From: Thermoplasmata archaeon
GTDB taxonomy: Archaea; Thermoplasmatota; Thermoplasmata; UBA10834
Assembly (NCBI GenBank): GCA_041559015.1
Contig: JBFFED010000001.1
Coordinates: 79,241-143,240 of the forward strand
Length of the DNA stretch: 64,000 nucleotides
Reading direction: 5' to 3'
Shown: positions 1 through 9,469 of the stretch, piece by piece
Layout of the letters: each line of letters starts with the position of its first letter
Numbering within the stretch: the first letter of the stretch is position 1
The notes under the pieces: model-generated
What the model was told of the DNA's origin: nothing
The model's input: only the letters and a program-made list of their open reading frames with translations
Database searches by the model: none
Translations under genes and position numbers: made by a program

Positions 1-2
1 AG

Positions 3-542
3 AGCAATGACCTCCTCGTGAAGAAACACCTCAAGCCAGGCGACAGATACGCGCACGCGGACATGCACGGGGCGCCCAGCGTCGTCGTGAAGATGCAGGA
101 AGGTGTCACCGACAAGACACTCTACGAGGCCTGCGAGTTCGCGGTCGCCACTTCGAAAGCCTGGAACGCGAAGATAGGTTCGGCGGCTGGTTATTGGGTC
201 ATGCCGGAACAGGTCAGCAAGACGCCCCAGAGCGGCGAGTATCTGGCTAAGGGGGCGTTCGTCATACGCGGTAGGAGGAACTACTCGAACAAGCTCGACA
301 TCAAGCTCGGCATCGGCGAGACACAATTCGAGAACGCTAGGAAGATCATGTGCGGCCCCGAGAGCGCTGTCCGCTCACGGTGCGCGAGATATGCGATCAT
401 CAGGCCGGGGAACAAAGATAGGAACGATTTCGCCAAGATGCTTGCGGACGTATTCGAGGTGCCGATCGAGGAGATCCAGAGCATCCTCCCTCCGGGAGAT
501 GTGGACGTCATCGACCAAGTCGGGATTTCTATCTTTTCCTGA
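3..542 (+). CDS. Rqc2/NFACT-family ribosome quality-control protein, C-terminal part (5' truncated by window edge)
   Basis: HADMHGAPSVVVK and QVSKTPQSGEYLAKGAFVIRGRRNY motifs of the NFACT-R/DUF814 domain. Confidence 0.88.
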   Translation, partial: SNDLLVKKHLKPGDRYAHADMHGAPSVVVKMQEGVTDKTLYEACEFAVATSKAWNAKIGSAAGYWVMPEQVSKTPQSGEYLAKGAFVIRGRRNYSNKLDIKLGIGETQFENARKIMCGPESAVRSRCARYAIIRPGNKDRNDFAKMLADVFEVPIEEIQSILPPGDVDVIDQVGISIFS

Positions 543-1377
543 GCGACCTGAGCACTTTGAGCTCGCTCATGTAACCCTTCTCGCCCTGCGGCGTTTCGAG
601 GACCATCGGCATCCTATCCCAGCGCTTGTCGTTCATGAAGTTTCTAAAACCGTCGAGGCCGATGAAGCCTTTGCCGATCTGCTCGTGTCTGTCTATCCTT
701 GAGCCCTGCTTGACCTTCGAGTCGTTCATGTGTATCGCCTTCAGGTGTTCGAGGCCTATCACATCGTCGAACATCTGGAATGTCCGCTCGTAGCCCTTCT
801 TGGTCCTGACATCGTATCCGGCGGCATATGCGTGGGCGGTGTCAAAGCACACTCCGGCGTTCTTCTGGTCCTCGAGCAAACTGATAATCCTGTCTATCTG
901 CTCGAACGAATATCCAAGCACGGTCCCCTGACCAGCAGTGATTTCAATCACGAAGGCCACATCCCCGGAGCCGAACTCCTTCCTCGCCCAGTTGAGCGAC
1001 GCGGCGATCTTCTTCAGACCTTCCTGCTCTCCAGCGCCCATGTGCGCGCCCGGGTGGAAGACCAGGTTCCGGACTCCGAGGTGTCTCGCCCTGACGAGCT
1101 CTTCCAGGAACGCCTCCCTCGACTGCTTGAGGAGTCGCTTGTCCGGGCTACCCAGGTTGATGAGGTACGAATCATGGATGATCGTTTCCTGGACGGCGAA
1201 CTTCACCGAGTTCTCCTTGAACCTCCCGGCTTCATCGAGGCCGAGAGGCTTGGCTTTCCACTGCATCTGGTTCCTCGAGAATATCTGCATGCAGTCGCAT
1301 GTGGCCTGATGCGCGCGCTCCGGGGCCCTATCTACGCCCCCTGAAATCGATACGTGCCCTCCCAGCATCATTCTCAC
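529..1377 (-). CDS. nfo: Endonuclease IV (AP endonuclease)
   Basis: GGHVSISGG, HDSYLINLGS, FHPG, CFDTAH, HMNDSK, DRHE, LETP motifs. Confidence 0.95.
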   Translation of the reverse strand: MRMMLGGHVSISGGVDRAPERAHQATCDCMQIFSRNQMQWKAKPLGLDEAGRFKENSVKFAVQETIIHDSYLINLGSPDKRLLKQSREAFLEELVRARHLGVRNLVFHPGAHMGAGEQEGLKKIAASLNWARKEFGSGDVAFVIEITAGQGTVLGYSFEQIDRIISLLEDQKNAGVCFDTAHAYAAGYDVRTKKGYERTFQMFDDVIGLEHLKAIHMNDSKVKQGSRIDRHEQIGKGFIGLDGFRNFMNDKRWDRMPMVLETPQGEKGYMSELKVLRSLRKR

Positions 1378-1416
1378 CGACCTGACCTGTATTCGAGCAT
1401 CTGATAGATAATCATT

Positions 1417-1889
1417 CTAGAAATCCATCGTGAACACATATGAACCGTCGACGATGTTGGACTTCGGCTCAACGCCGGCCTTATGCATGAGCGCTATCAT
1501 CGCCACGTTATCCCTCAGCACCTCGGCCGTGAAGCCCTTTATGTTCTTCGATTTGGCAATCCTGACGATTGATTTCATCATGAAGGTGCCTATGCCCTTG
1601 CCCTGCCCTCCGCCACGGCCTGCCGCGTGTTCGCACCAATGAAGAAGGCGTTGTGCCGGAACTGGTCTGTGAACTTCTCCTCCGTATAAGGCGCGACTCC
1701 CAAGGTCATGATGTGCATGATCCTGGTGTCCGCGAGTCTCCCCGAGGTCTCGATCAGCGCCTTGACGAGTGTCTGAGGCCCGGCCGCCCCTGAGCCGATG
1801 AAGACCTTGTCGCCTCGGCGTATCGTCGAGACTGCCTGCTCCGGAGTCCTCACCTTCTCCTTGTAGCGCTCTTGCCAATCGAGCATCAT
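1417..1889 (-). pseudogene. Internally deleted acetyl-CoA hydrolase/transferase-GNAT fusion gene
   Basis: N-terminal fragment (WQERYKEKVRTPEQAV..IRRGDKVFIGSG..FFIGANTRQAVAEGRA) joined out of frame at about 1600-1605 to a GNAT C-terminus (QGKGIGTFMM..FTAEVLRDNVAM). Confidence 0.8.
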
Positions 1890-2092
1890 CTTGGAACTCG
1901 TGGCAGGGGGTGCGTTCGAGGGCACCTTGGACGCTGCGGATTTGACACCCATGTATGGTCATCCACTGGTACTTCGTAGGCAGTAATAACGGTTTTGAAG
2001 ATACAGAATGGGGCATTCCAGGCATCTGGACGCGAACGGCAATGTTCCCATCCGCAGAGGACCTTCGATTCCCGACCGACCCGAACGGGTCT

Positions 2093-2410
2093 TCACATCG
2101 TCAGGAGCATCGCCTTCATCGCCTCAAGCTCCTTGCCGATCTTGAGTATGGCCTTATCCTTGTCCTGGAAGACGAGCTCTGGATGTTCGCTCCGGAACGT
2201 GTCGAGTATCTCGCCCGGAGATATCTGGTGCAGCTCCCTGAGCACTTGGGCCTTGTAAGGGGACATCGCCCTCAGGGGGGGCTCCAGCAGGGGTGCGAGA
2301 TCGAGGTCGTCGCTCAGCCAAGCATCGACCTCTGCCTGCTCCATCTGGCCGAGGTTGTTCAACAGGAACCTTCTGATGGCCTTCTTCCACTCCGCTTCCA
2401 TCTTCATCAC
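2093..2410 (-). CDS. Hypothetical protein (105 aa)
   Basis: 4-nt overlap with the stop of the upstream oxidoreductase gene; no recognised motif. Confidence 0.7.
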   Translation of the reverse strand: MMKMEAEWKKAIRRFLLNNLGQMEQAEVDAWLSDDLDLAPLLEPPLRAMSPYKAQVLRELHQISPGEILDTFRSEHPELVFQDKDKAILKIGKELEAMKAMLLTM

Positions 2411-3807
2411 TCCTTCTCTGGAATCTTCTTGCCGGGGTTCATTATGTTGTCAGGATCGAGCAATCGCTTGATGCCGCGCATCGTCTCAAGGGCTACATCG
2501 GAATACTCGAACACCATGTTATCCCTGTGCTCTATACCCACTCCGTGGCAAGCCTGCACCGAGCCGCCGAGTCTTGCAGCCAGGGCGGCTATCTCCTTGA
2601 GCAATTCCTGGTACCTCTCCCAAGCACGGTCCCCCTTGGGCAGACGATATCTTCCCCCTGTCATCCTGTATCTTCCGACGTCCAAGCTGAACTTCTCACC
2701 TGGAAGGGGCTCGATGCCGTATTTGGGGGCGACCTCATTCCACAGAACGTCATAGTACTCGCGCATCTTCTCCATCGGGATGTAGGTGGTGAGCACATCC
2801 TCGAAACCCGTCAACGCCCTTGCGCCACACCATTGCTTTGTGTAGGTCGTGAGGAACTGTTCGGCGACTCTGTTGTCTGCAAGGATGCCGCCAGCGTCCT
2901 CCATCGTGCGTCGGAGGTGTTCCGAGACGGCTTTCACCTCCCCCTTCGTGCCATGCGCCAGGGCGTAGAAGATAGCCTTCTTACCAGGAGGGGCGCCCAG
3001 TCCGGAATCATCACCCGTCTCGTACGCCTCTCCACCCGAGAAACCGACGCCTGAGGTCATCACCCTCTGGGCGGCCTCGTTGGCGGCCCAGAAATCGTCG
3101 AAGAATCCTAGCACGACCGCCTCGGATTCCGGGAGAGGTTCGACCCTGAGAGTGGCCTCGGTGATTATCCCCAAGGTGCCCTCAGCGCCTATGAACATCT
3201 GATGGAGGCGGTATCCTGTGGATGTGTAGAGCGTCTTCGGTCCAGTCCTCAGGATGCTGCCATCGGCAAGGACGACCTCGAGGGACATGACACGGTCCGC
3301 GATGGCCCTGTACTTCTGGTGCCGTCTGCTGAAGGCTGACGTGGATATAGCTCCGCCCACGGTGGCCATCTTAAGAGAACCCTGCTCCTGCGTGAGCCAG
3401 ACCCCGTGCTCGCTGAGCTGGTCCTCCAGATTCTTGAGGACCATACCTGGTTGCACTGTGACATGGAGGTCTGGAACGCTGACCTCGATGAGCCTGTTCA
3501 TCCTTATCGTGTCTACGACTATCCCACCGCTTATCGGGACGAGCATCCCGGTCCTGTTGGATCCACCGCCCTTCGGGATAAGGGGGATCTTCCTCTGCGC
3601 GGCTACACGAACGACCCTCTGCACCTCATCGGTCGTCTCTGGCAGGACGACGAAATCCGGCATGTACCGATACTCATCCTCGAACCTGATCCTGTAGGTG
3701 TCCTTACAGTACGGGAGGAGATCCACCTTCTTCCAGAGCACCCTGTCCTCTCCGAGGATTGCGACCATCTCTTCCCTGACCGCGTCCTTCAAAGCATCGG
3801 GGATCAT
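2407..3807 (-). CDS. FAD-binding oxidoreductase (GlcD/alkyl-DHAP-synthase-like, VAO superfamily)
   Basis: PDFVVLPETTDEV, PKGGGS, ATVGG, GAEGTLGIITEATL, CHGVG, LDPDNIMNPGK; ATG at 3807 in TGATG overlap with upstream stop. Confidence 0.9.
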   Translation of the reverse strand: MIPDALKDAVREEMVAILGEDRVLWKKVDLLPYCKDTYRIRFEDEYRYMPDFVVLPETTDEVQRVVRVAAQRKIPLIPKGGGSNRTGMLVPISGGIVVDTIRMNRLIEVSVPDLHVTVQPGMVLKNLEDQLSEHGVWLTQEQGSLKMATVGGAISTSAFSRRHQKYRAIADRVMSLEVVLADGSILRTGPKTLYTSTGYRLHQMFIGAEGTLGIITEATLRVEPLPESEAVVLGFFDDFWAANEAAQRVMTSGVGFSGGEAYETGDDSGLGAPPGKKAIFYALAHGTKGEVKAVSEHLRRTMEDAGGILADNRVAEQFLTTYTKQWCGARALTGFEDVLTTYIPMEKMREYYDVLWNEVAPKYGIEPLPGEKFSLDVGRYRMTGGRYRLPKGDRAWERYQELLKEIAALAARLGGSVQACHGVGIEHRDNMVFEYSDVALETMRGIKRLLDPDNIMNPGKKIPEKE

Positions 3808-4970
3808 CAGCGAACCTCCTTGTCGCACTCGACGTGCCTGTCGAGGAACACTGAAATCTCGACGACTTCGACGGGGGAGCTGATGCTCTGAGCGGCTGCC
3901 TTCAGGCTCTGCATGCAGAACGGGCAAGAGGTAACGAGGGCCGATGCGCCTGTACCCTCGGCCTCCCTGACTCGCTTGATTGCCGCCTTCTGAGAGATCT
4001 CTGGATACGCGGTCTTCACTCCAGCACCTCCACCACAGCACCTCGCCAACTCCCTGGAAGCCCTCATCTCTCTCAGCTGCAGGCCGGGGATGGCGCGAAG
4101 AAGCGCTCTGGGCGCATCGTAAACCTCGGTGTGTCTGCCCAGATGGCACGGATCGTGGTAGGTCACACAGATGTCCGTCGCTCTGAACTTGAGCTTGCCG
4201 GATACCGCCAGCTCGTCCAGGTACTCCGTCGAGTGCAGTATCCGCAGGTCCTCGGAGAGCCTTCCGTAGTCCTGCTTGAGGGTCTTGTAGCAACCAGCGC
4301 ACGCGGTCACTATCTTCCTGACTCCCGTTCCCCTGAGTCTACGCTCGTTCTCCTCCCTTAGCTCCCCGAAGAGCTTGGGATGGCCTAGCCTCTTCACGGT
4401 GGAGCCGCAGCAGAGTTCCTCATCGAGGAGAAGACCATAGTCTTCTCCAGCGCATTCGAGAAGGTGTGCGAGGGCTCGCGGACTGTCGACCAACATCCTG
4501 TCCAGGGAGTAAGTGCAACCGACATAGAAGAGCGTCTCCGTCTTCCCCGGGACGACCTTCTTGCTCTCAAGCTCCTTGGCCCAACGCCGCCTTGACGATC
4601 GTGGCTCCTGCCACGGGTTGCCGTAGTTCTCGAGGCTCTTGGCCAGCATCTGATGCTCTGGGAGGAGCTGCGCGCCCCCAGAGAGAAGGTACTCCCTGAG
4701 GGACTCGGCCGCATCGGCGTTCTTCAGCTCGGCGGTGCACGAGTGCTCGTCTCGCTTGCAGAGGAGACACGAGTAGGCGATTCGAACCGCGCGCTCATCA
4801 GGCTGGACGACGCCCGTCAACAGCGCATGCACGAGCATATTCCTGCCCTTAGGCGATATGCTCTCCTCCAGGATCTCCGAATACATCGGACACTCGTCCT
4901 TGCAGCAGCCGCATCTGCACTTGATACACGCCTCAGCGACCTCGCGCAAGGCGGTCTCTCCGTGTGACAA
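3807..4970 (-). CDS. Fe-S oxidoreductase with two CCG domains (GlcF/HdrD-like)
   Basis: N-terminal ferredoxin-like Cys clusters, ELCCG, TACAGC, YHDPCHLGR, CCGGGAG, TSCPFC. Confidence 0.9.
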   Translation of the reverse strand: MSHGETALREVAEACIKCRCGCCKDECPMYSEILEESISPKGRNMLVHALLTGVVQPDERAVRIAYSCLLCKRDEHSCTAELKNADAAESLREYLLSGGAQLLPEHQMLAKSLENYGNPWQEPRSSRRRWAKELESKKVVPGKTETLFYVGCTYSLDRMLVDSPRALAHLLECAGEDYGLLLDEELCCGSTVKRLGHPKLFGELREENERRLRGTGVRKIVTACAGCYKTLKQDYGRLSEDLRILHSTEYLDELAVSGKLKFRATDICVTYHDPCHLGRHTEVYDAPRALLRAIPGLQLREMRASRELARCCGGGAGVKTAYPEISQKAAIKRVREAEGTGASALVTSCPFCMQSLKAAAQSISSPVEVVEISVFLDRHVECDKEVR

Positions 4971-5131
4971 TCTCGGGATCCCCTGGCACGCATCTGGCAG
5001 GCGTGCGGATATGGATTGGATGACTGGTATATGACCGTTCCCGAGGAAGCCGAGGATTCAGCCGATGACGCCCGATAGTCAAAAAGTACATTCGGATGGA
5101 TGGCTTCACCTGATGAAGAGGAGGGACTTGA

Positions 5132-6559
5132 ATGGCGCGGGGTAAGCTTGAGTTCCTATCCAGGGATGATATCGAACGCATACACAGCGTGTCCGTCAGA
5201 GTGCTTGAGGAGGTTGGTGTGTCCGTCCACTGCCCCAAAGCAGTCGAGATGCTGCTCAAAGACGGCTCGTCCATGTCCGAGGATGGCAAGAGGATCCTGA
5301 TGCCAGAGAGCCAGGTCAAGGAGGCCGTGACGGCCGCACCGAAATCCGTCCTACTCGCAGCAAGGGACCCAAGAAAGGACCTTAGGCTCCCCTCGGAGGA
5401 CCGCATGTTCGTCTCGAATGGCGGCGAAGGGGTCTACATAAGGAACCTGCTGACCGGTGAGACGAGAACGCCTCGCACAGCGGACGTGAGAGATTTCGCA
5501 AGGTTGGTGGACTCGCTCGACCCTGTGGACTTCCTGTGGCCCATGGTCGGGGCGCTCGACCAGCCGGACGGGCTGAAGGGATTGACTGAGATGAGGGTCA
5601 GCTTCGAGTGTACAACGAAGCATGTGCAGACTGGGGCGATTGACTCGCGGGAAGCGCGAGCGTTCGTGGACCTCGCCTCGATACTCGTCGGCGGGAAGGA
5701 GTATCTCAGGGAGAGGCCCGTCTTCTCGTGCGTCCAGTGCCCCATATCCCCCCTGACTTTCGATGACGGCCTGACAGAAGCGCAAATCGAGCTCGCGAGG
5801 GCGGGCATACCGGTGGTCAGCATGGTGGCTTCGGTCGTTGGTCTGACGTCCCCGGTCACCCTATCGGGCTCCATGGCGCAGATCAATGCCGAGAACCTCG
5901 CGAGCTGCGTGATAAGCCAGGCCGCTGCGAAGGGCGCACCCTGGATATACAGCAGCGATTCGGCGCCGGGCGATCTCGTGTCTGGCTCCATCGACTACGG
6001 AGCACTCGAAGGGCCGCTGTTGCGGACCGCCGCGGCGCAAATGGGGCGGCGTTATGGGTTCGTGACCATGACAGCGGGATCCGGGCTCGAATGTACTTCC
6101 CATCTTCTAGGCAGACCTAGGGACGGCGTGCCATACATGGCCTTGATGGTGCTTGTGCCGTCGGACCTCGGCTCGGGCTTCGGTTCCCTTGACCAGGCTG
6201 CGGGCGCGTCCATGGAGCAACTCGTGCTCGACGCATGGGTCTGGGATGCCGCTAAGGAACTCGCGAGGCCTTTCTCCAGTGATGAGAGCGCGATATCGTT
6301 CGAGACGATACGCGAAGCGGGCCTCGACGGCAACTTCCTGGGTAAGAGGCACACGCTCACGCGGTTCAGAGACGAGTTCGCTGCTCCCAGGAAGCCGGAG
6401 GCTGTGTTGTCCGGCCGCGAGGATTCTCCGCCGAGAGGTGAGCTCCTGAGGAAAGCAGGAGAAGAAGTCAAGAGGCTACTGGACCAGCCGAGGGAGCGGC
6501 TCGTTTCCTCGTCGGAAACGGCCCAGATAGACGACCTCTTCAGGAGATTCGAAGGGTGA
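5132..6559 (+). CDS. Trimethylamine methyltransferase (MttB) superfamily protein, non-pyrrolysine
   Basis: LSRDDIERIHSVSVRVLEEVGV, TTKHVQ, CPISPL, GLTSPVTLSGSMAQINAENL, SMEQLVLD; no in-frame TAG. Confidence 0.88.
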   Translation: MARGKLEFLSRDDIERIHSVSVRVLEEVGVSVHCPKAVEMLLKDGSSMSEDGKRILMPESQVKEAVTAAPKSVLLAARDPRKDLRLPSEDRMFVSNGGEGVYIRNLLTGETRTPRTADVRDFARLVDSLDPVDFLWPMVGALDQPDGLKGLTEMRVSFECTTKHVQTGAIDSREARAFVDLASILVGGKEYLRERPVFSCVQCPISPLTFDDGLTEAQIELARAGIPVVSMVASVVGLTSPVTLSGSMAQINAENLASCVISQAAAKGAPWIYSSDSAPGDLVSGSIDYGALEGPLLRTAAAQMGRRYGFVTMTAGSGLECTSHLLGRPRDGVPYMALMVLVPSDLGSGFGSLDQAAGASMEQLVLDAWVWDAAKELARPFSSDESAISFETIREAGLDGNFLGKRHTLTRFRDEFAAPRKPEAVLSGREDSPPRGELLRKAGEEVKRLLDQPRERLVSSSETAQIDDLFRRFEG

Positions 6560-6580
6560 CGGGAAGAATCGAGGAGGAGG

Positions 6581-6654
6581 CGCCCGAGCTGGGATTCGAA
6601 CCCAGGTCCGAAGCTCCGCAGGCTTCTAGGATATCCAAGCTACCCCACTCGGGC
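6581..6654 (-). tRNA. tRNA-Arg(GCG)
   Basis: Cloverleaf: acceptor GCCCGAG/CTCGGGC, anticodon arm GAAGC-CTGCGGA-GCTTC, T arm CTGGG-TTCGAAT-CCCAG; CCA not encoded. Confidence 0.96.
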
Positions 6655-6718
6655 ATTCTTCCTGAACGGCACCCTCCATGAGGACATCGATAGAAATACC
6701 CTCCCATCCGCCGGGGAC

Positions 6719-7597
6719 CTAATACGCAGTGGTCCAGTCGATCTTGCCCTTCCTTCGGGCGACACCGTCAGCGAACCTGAACACGGCGAGAGACAGCACG
6801 AAGAACACGGCTGCGGAAATCGCCAAGTACGCCATGATGTACATGTCGCTGATGCTGCCGAGGCCGGTGACATCGACTGCCGCCGCAGTGCTGAGCTCGG
6901 CCATGGCTTCCGGCATAAGCGCCCGCCTCATGGAATCCATCCAGTATGTGATGGGGAGGACCTTGGAGATCGATTGGGCCCATGTGGGCAACGCGGTGAT
7001 CGGGAATATGATGCCGCTCATGACGTAGAACACGCCTGCAACGCCTTCGTTTATGCCGATCGAATGCCTGGCGGTCAGGAACGTGATACCGCCCAGGGCC
7101 AGCCCGAGCACGCATATGCAGCCCATGCCGAGCACGAGGGATCCGGCGAGCAACAGCCAGTTGATATCCCCGAGGAATATGTCCACGCCGAGGACCAGGA
7201 CGCCGAACGCCAGCGTGATGATGACCCCTGCAGTCGTGATGGCTATCTTTATGGCCGACCGGCCCAGGATGTAAGCATAGAAGTTGATCGGGGCTATGTA
7301 CACCTGTTTCAGGGTCATGTAATGCTCCCTGTCGTCGTGTATGACCCACGTGACCCCGAACAGCACCTCGGCCACGTACATGTAGAGCGCGTTCCCGATG
7401 AACATGTACGAGAAGTACGCATTGTCCGTGTTGCCGCCCGTGACGACCATGTACATGAATACGAGTATGAGGGTCGCGCTGATCGGCTTGACTATCGAGT
7501 ATGTGGCGAACAGGAACGGGTCCGTCCAGTTCGCCTCCATCTGCCAGCCGAGCCATGCGGCGTTCTTCATCGTCCTCAGGTCGTTCATCACTGCCAT
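6719..7597 (-). CDS. ABC-2 type transporter permease
   Basis: Multiple TM helices, SGIIFPITALP..LPITY motif; start taken at MAVMND overlapping upstream stop. Confidence 0.88.
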   Translation of the reverse strand: MAVMNDLRTMKNAAWLGWQMEANWTDPFLFATYSIVKPISATLILVFMYMVVTGGNTDNAYFSYMFIGNALYMYVAEVLFGVTWVIHDDREHYMTLKQVYIAPINFYAYILGRSAIKIAITTAGVIITLAFGVLVLGVDIFLGDINWLLLAGSLVLGMGCICVLGLALGGITFLTARHSIGINEGVAGVFYVMSGIIFPITALPTWAQSISKVLPITYWMDSMRRALMPEAMAELSTAAAVDVTGLGSISDMYIMAYLAISAAVFFVLSLAVFRFADGVARRKGKIDWTTAY

Positions 7598-8409
7598 CTG
7601 AGCGTCAGCCTCCCCGTGGCCTTTCCGAGGTGCTCCATGTACCTGAGCGAGTAGTGCGCGAGGACCATGAACAGCGCACACAGCCCCACCAGGAGCGCCA
7701 GCTCGAGCTCGATCGACAGGAACGCGTCACCGGTCCCGCTTGTGAAGAACAGCTGCCTGAGCGCATCCAGGCCAAGCGTGATGGGGATGAACGAAGCCCC
7801 AGCCGCGGCGAACGCTCCCAGATATCTGACCGGGAAGTAGAACCCTGAAGCAAGGTACACTGGCTCCGTGAGTAGACTGGACATGTGGTGCGCCTCCCTT
7901 CCGAAGAGCATGTAGAGCGACGCGAACATCATGCCCATGCCGTAGAGAGCGACCATCGTGGCGACGAATATGGCGATCAGCATGAGCGGGTCGACCACGT
8001 GGAAGGCGATGTTGAATATCAGCGCGCCTATCACCAGCGTCGACGCGGCGTTGACGGTCGTCGAGAGCATTCCGCCGAGGGCCATGCCCGCGAGGATCGA
8101 CATCCTAGATATGGGCGCTACCAGGTATAGCTGCAGGTTCCCGATCTCCTTCTCCCAGTAGAACTGGGCCGCCATGGACCACAGCACGTTGAGCCAGAAA
8201 GCGGTCATCGCGCCTCCGAGCACGACATAGCCGATGAGCTCGTGCCTCGCATCCATGAACTGATAGACGTACGCGTACGCCGCGACCGTGAAGAGAGGCA
8301 GCACCACCTCGAAGAAGAGCCAGCTGGGTTCCCTCTGCGCGCCCACGATGCGCGGGTATGCGCGCCCTCGGATCGCCCTCATGTTCTTGATGACCCAGCT
8401 GTCGCTCAT
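7588..8409 (-). CDS. ABC-2 type transporter permease
   Basis: TM helices, EKEIGNL..APISR, SGFYFPV. Confidence 0.88.
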   Translation of the reverse strand: MSDSWVIKNMRAIRGRAYPRIVGAQREPSWLFFEVVLPLFTVAAYAYVYQFMDARHELIGYVVLGGAMTAFWLNVLWSMAAQFYWEKEIGNLQLYLVAPISRMSILAGMALGGMLSTTVNAASTLVIGALIFNIAFHVVDPLMLIAIFVATMVALYGMGMMFASLYMLFGREAHHMSSLLTEPVYLASGFYFPVRYLGAFAAAGASFIPITLGLDALRQLFFTSGTGDAFLSIELELALLVGLCALFMVLAHYSLRYMEHLGKATGRLTLRWQ

Positions 8410-9383
8410 TCCAATCCCTTGCCGACCATCTTGATGAACACGTCCTCCAACGTGGGCTCGGTCTTCTGGAGCGACTCAATCCTCGAGCCTTGGCTCAGCA
8501 CAGCGGAGATGATATCGGACACCCCTGATTCGTCCCTCATCACGAACCTCAGCTTCGTGAGGCCACTCTCGCCGTCTTCCGTGAACGTGAAGTTCTCCAC
8601 GCCTGGGAACGATCCGAACGCGGCTGCATCTTTCAGGCGCGTGACGTCCATGCTCAGGGTGGTGTTCATCCTGACCATCTTCTTGAGCCTCTCAGGGGTA
8701 TCACATGCGAGTATCCGCCCGTTGTCGATGATCGCTATCCTGTCGCAGAGCTCGTCCGCCTCGACCATGTAGTGTGTGGTCAGCACGACCGTCTTGGTCG
8801 GGTGGTCCTTGAGCCAATCGACTATGTAACCCCTGATCACCCTGGAGGCGTTAACGTCGAGGCCGAGGGTCGGCTCGTCAAGGAAGATTATGTCAGGGTC
8901 GGTGATGAAACCCCGGATGATGTTCATCTTCTGCCTCTCGCCAGTCGACATCGTCCTCACCTTCTCGTCCTTCTTGGCACTGAGGCCGAAGTCATCGAGC
9001 ATCTCGTCTATGCGCTGAAGCGCGACCTTGCTCTTGATGCCGTAGAACTGAGAGAACATCCACAGGTTCTCCTTCACCGTGAGCAGGCCGTATCCGGATA
9101 TCTCTCCCCCGGAGACCATATTGATCTTCTGCCTGACCGCGCTGAACTGGTTCTCGACGTCCAGCCCGGCGACGTAGGCCTTGCCCGATGTGGGGAGCAG
9201 GAGCGTGCTCAGGATCTTGAGGAGCGTCGTCTTGCCCGCCCCGTTCGGCCCCAGGAGCCCGAACAGCTCCCCCCGCTCTATCCGCAGGTCGACGGAGTCC
9301 AGGGCCTTCACTGACTTGCCCTCTTTCTTCTTCTTGGGTTCGAAAACCCTCGACAGCGACTTCGTTTCTACAGCGGGTTCCAT
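8406..9383 (-). CDS. ABC transporter ATP-binding protein (exporter type)
   Basis: Walker A GPNGAGKTT, MSTGE signature, FLDEPT, TTHYM, PTLEDVF. Confidence 0.95.
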   Translation of the reverse strand: MEPAVETKSLSRVFEPKKKKEGKSVKALDSVDLRIERGELFGLLGPNGAGKTTLLKILSTLLLPTSGKAYVAGLDVENQFSAVRQKINMVSGGEISGYGLLTVKENLWMFSQFYGIKSKVALQRIDEMLDDFGLSAKKDEKVRTMSTGERQKMNIIRGFITDPDIIFLDEPTLGLDVNASRVIRGYIVDWLKDHPTKTVVLTTHYMVEADELCDRIAIIDNGRILACDTPERLKKMVRMNTTLSMDVTRLKDAAAFGSFPGVENFTFTEDGESGLTKLRFVMRDESGVSDIISAVLSQGSRIESLQKTEPTLEDVFIKMVGKGLE

Positions 9384-9469
9384 GTGCGGAGCACCTAGCC
9401 GAATGGAATGGTGGACCTATGAGCGGAGCGGGCCAACACGAAAATGGTCGCGCGGATGCGCGCAGGGCC

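Noticed and set aside
1590-1610. Programmed -1 frameshift joining the two fragments
   Set aside because: No slippery heptamer, and the product would lack most of both domains; deletion explains it better
3808-4302. 631-aa version of the FAD oxidoreductase (and similar 5' extensions of the MBL, nusA, rpoA1, pcm and gatD ORFs)
   Set aside because: Extensions overlap genuine upstream genes or promoters in GC-rich open frames; better starts with stop/start coupling exist
5132-6559. Pyrrolysine read-through / methanogenesis signature
   Set aside because: No in-frame TAG in the MttB homologue; TAG acts as a normal stop for core genes here (gatE, rpoH, tbp, rpl11); no mcr or pyl genes in the window
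6581-9383. Integrated element at tRNA-Arg
   Set aside because: No integrase, no duplicated tRNA 3' end seen, and composition looks like the rest of the window
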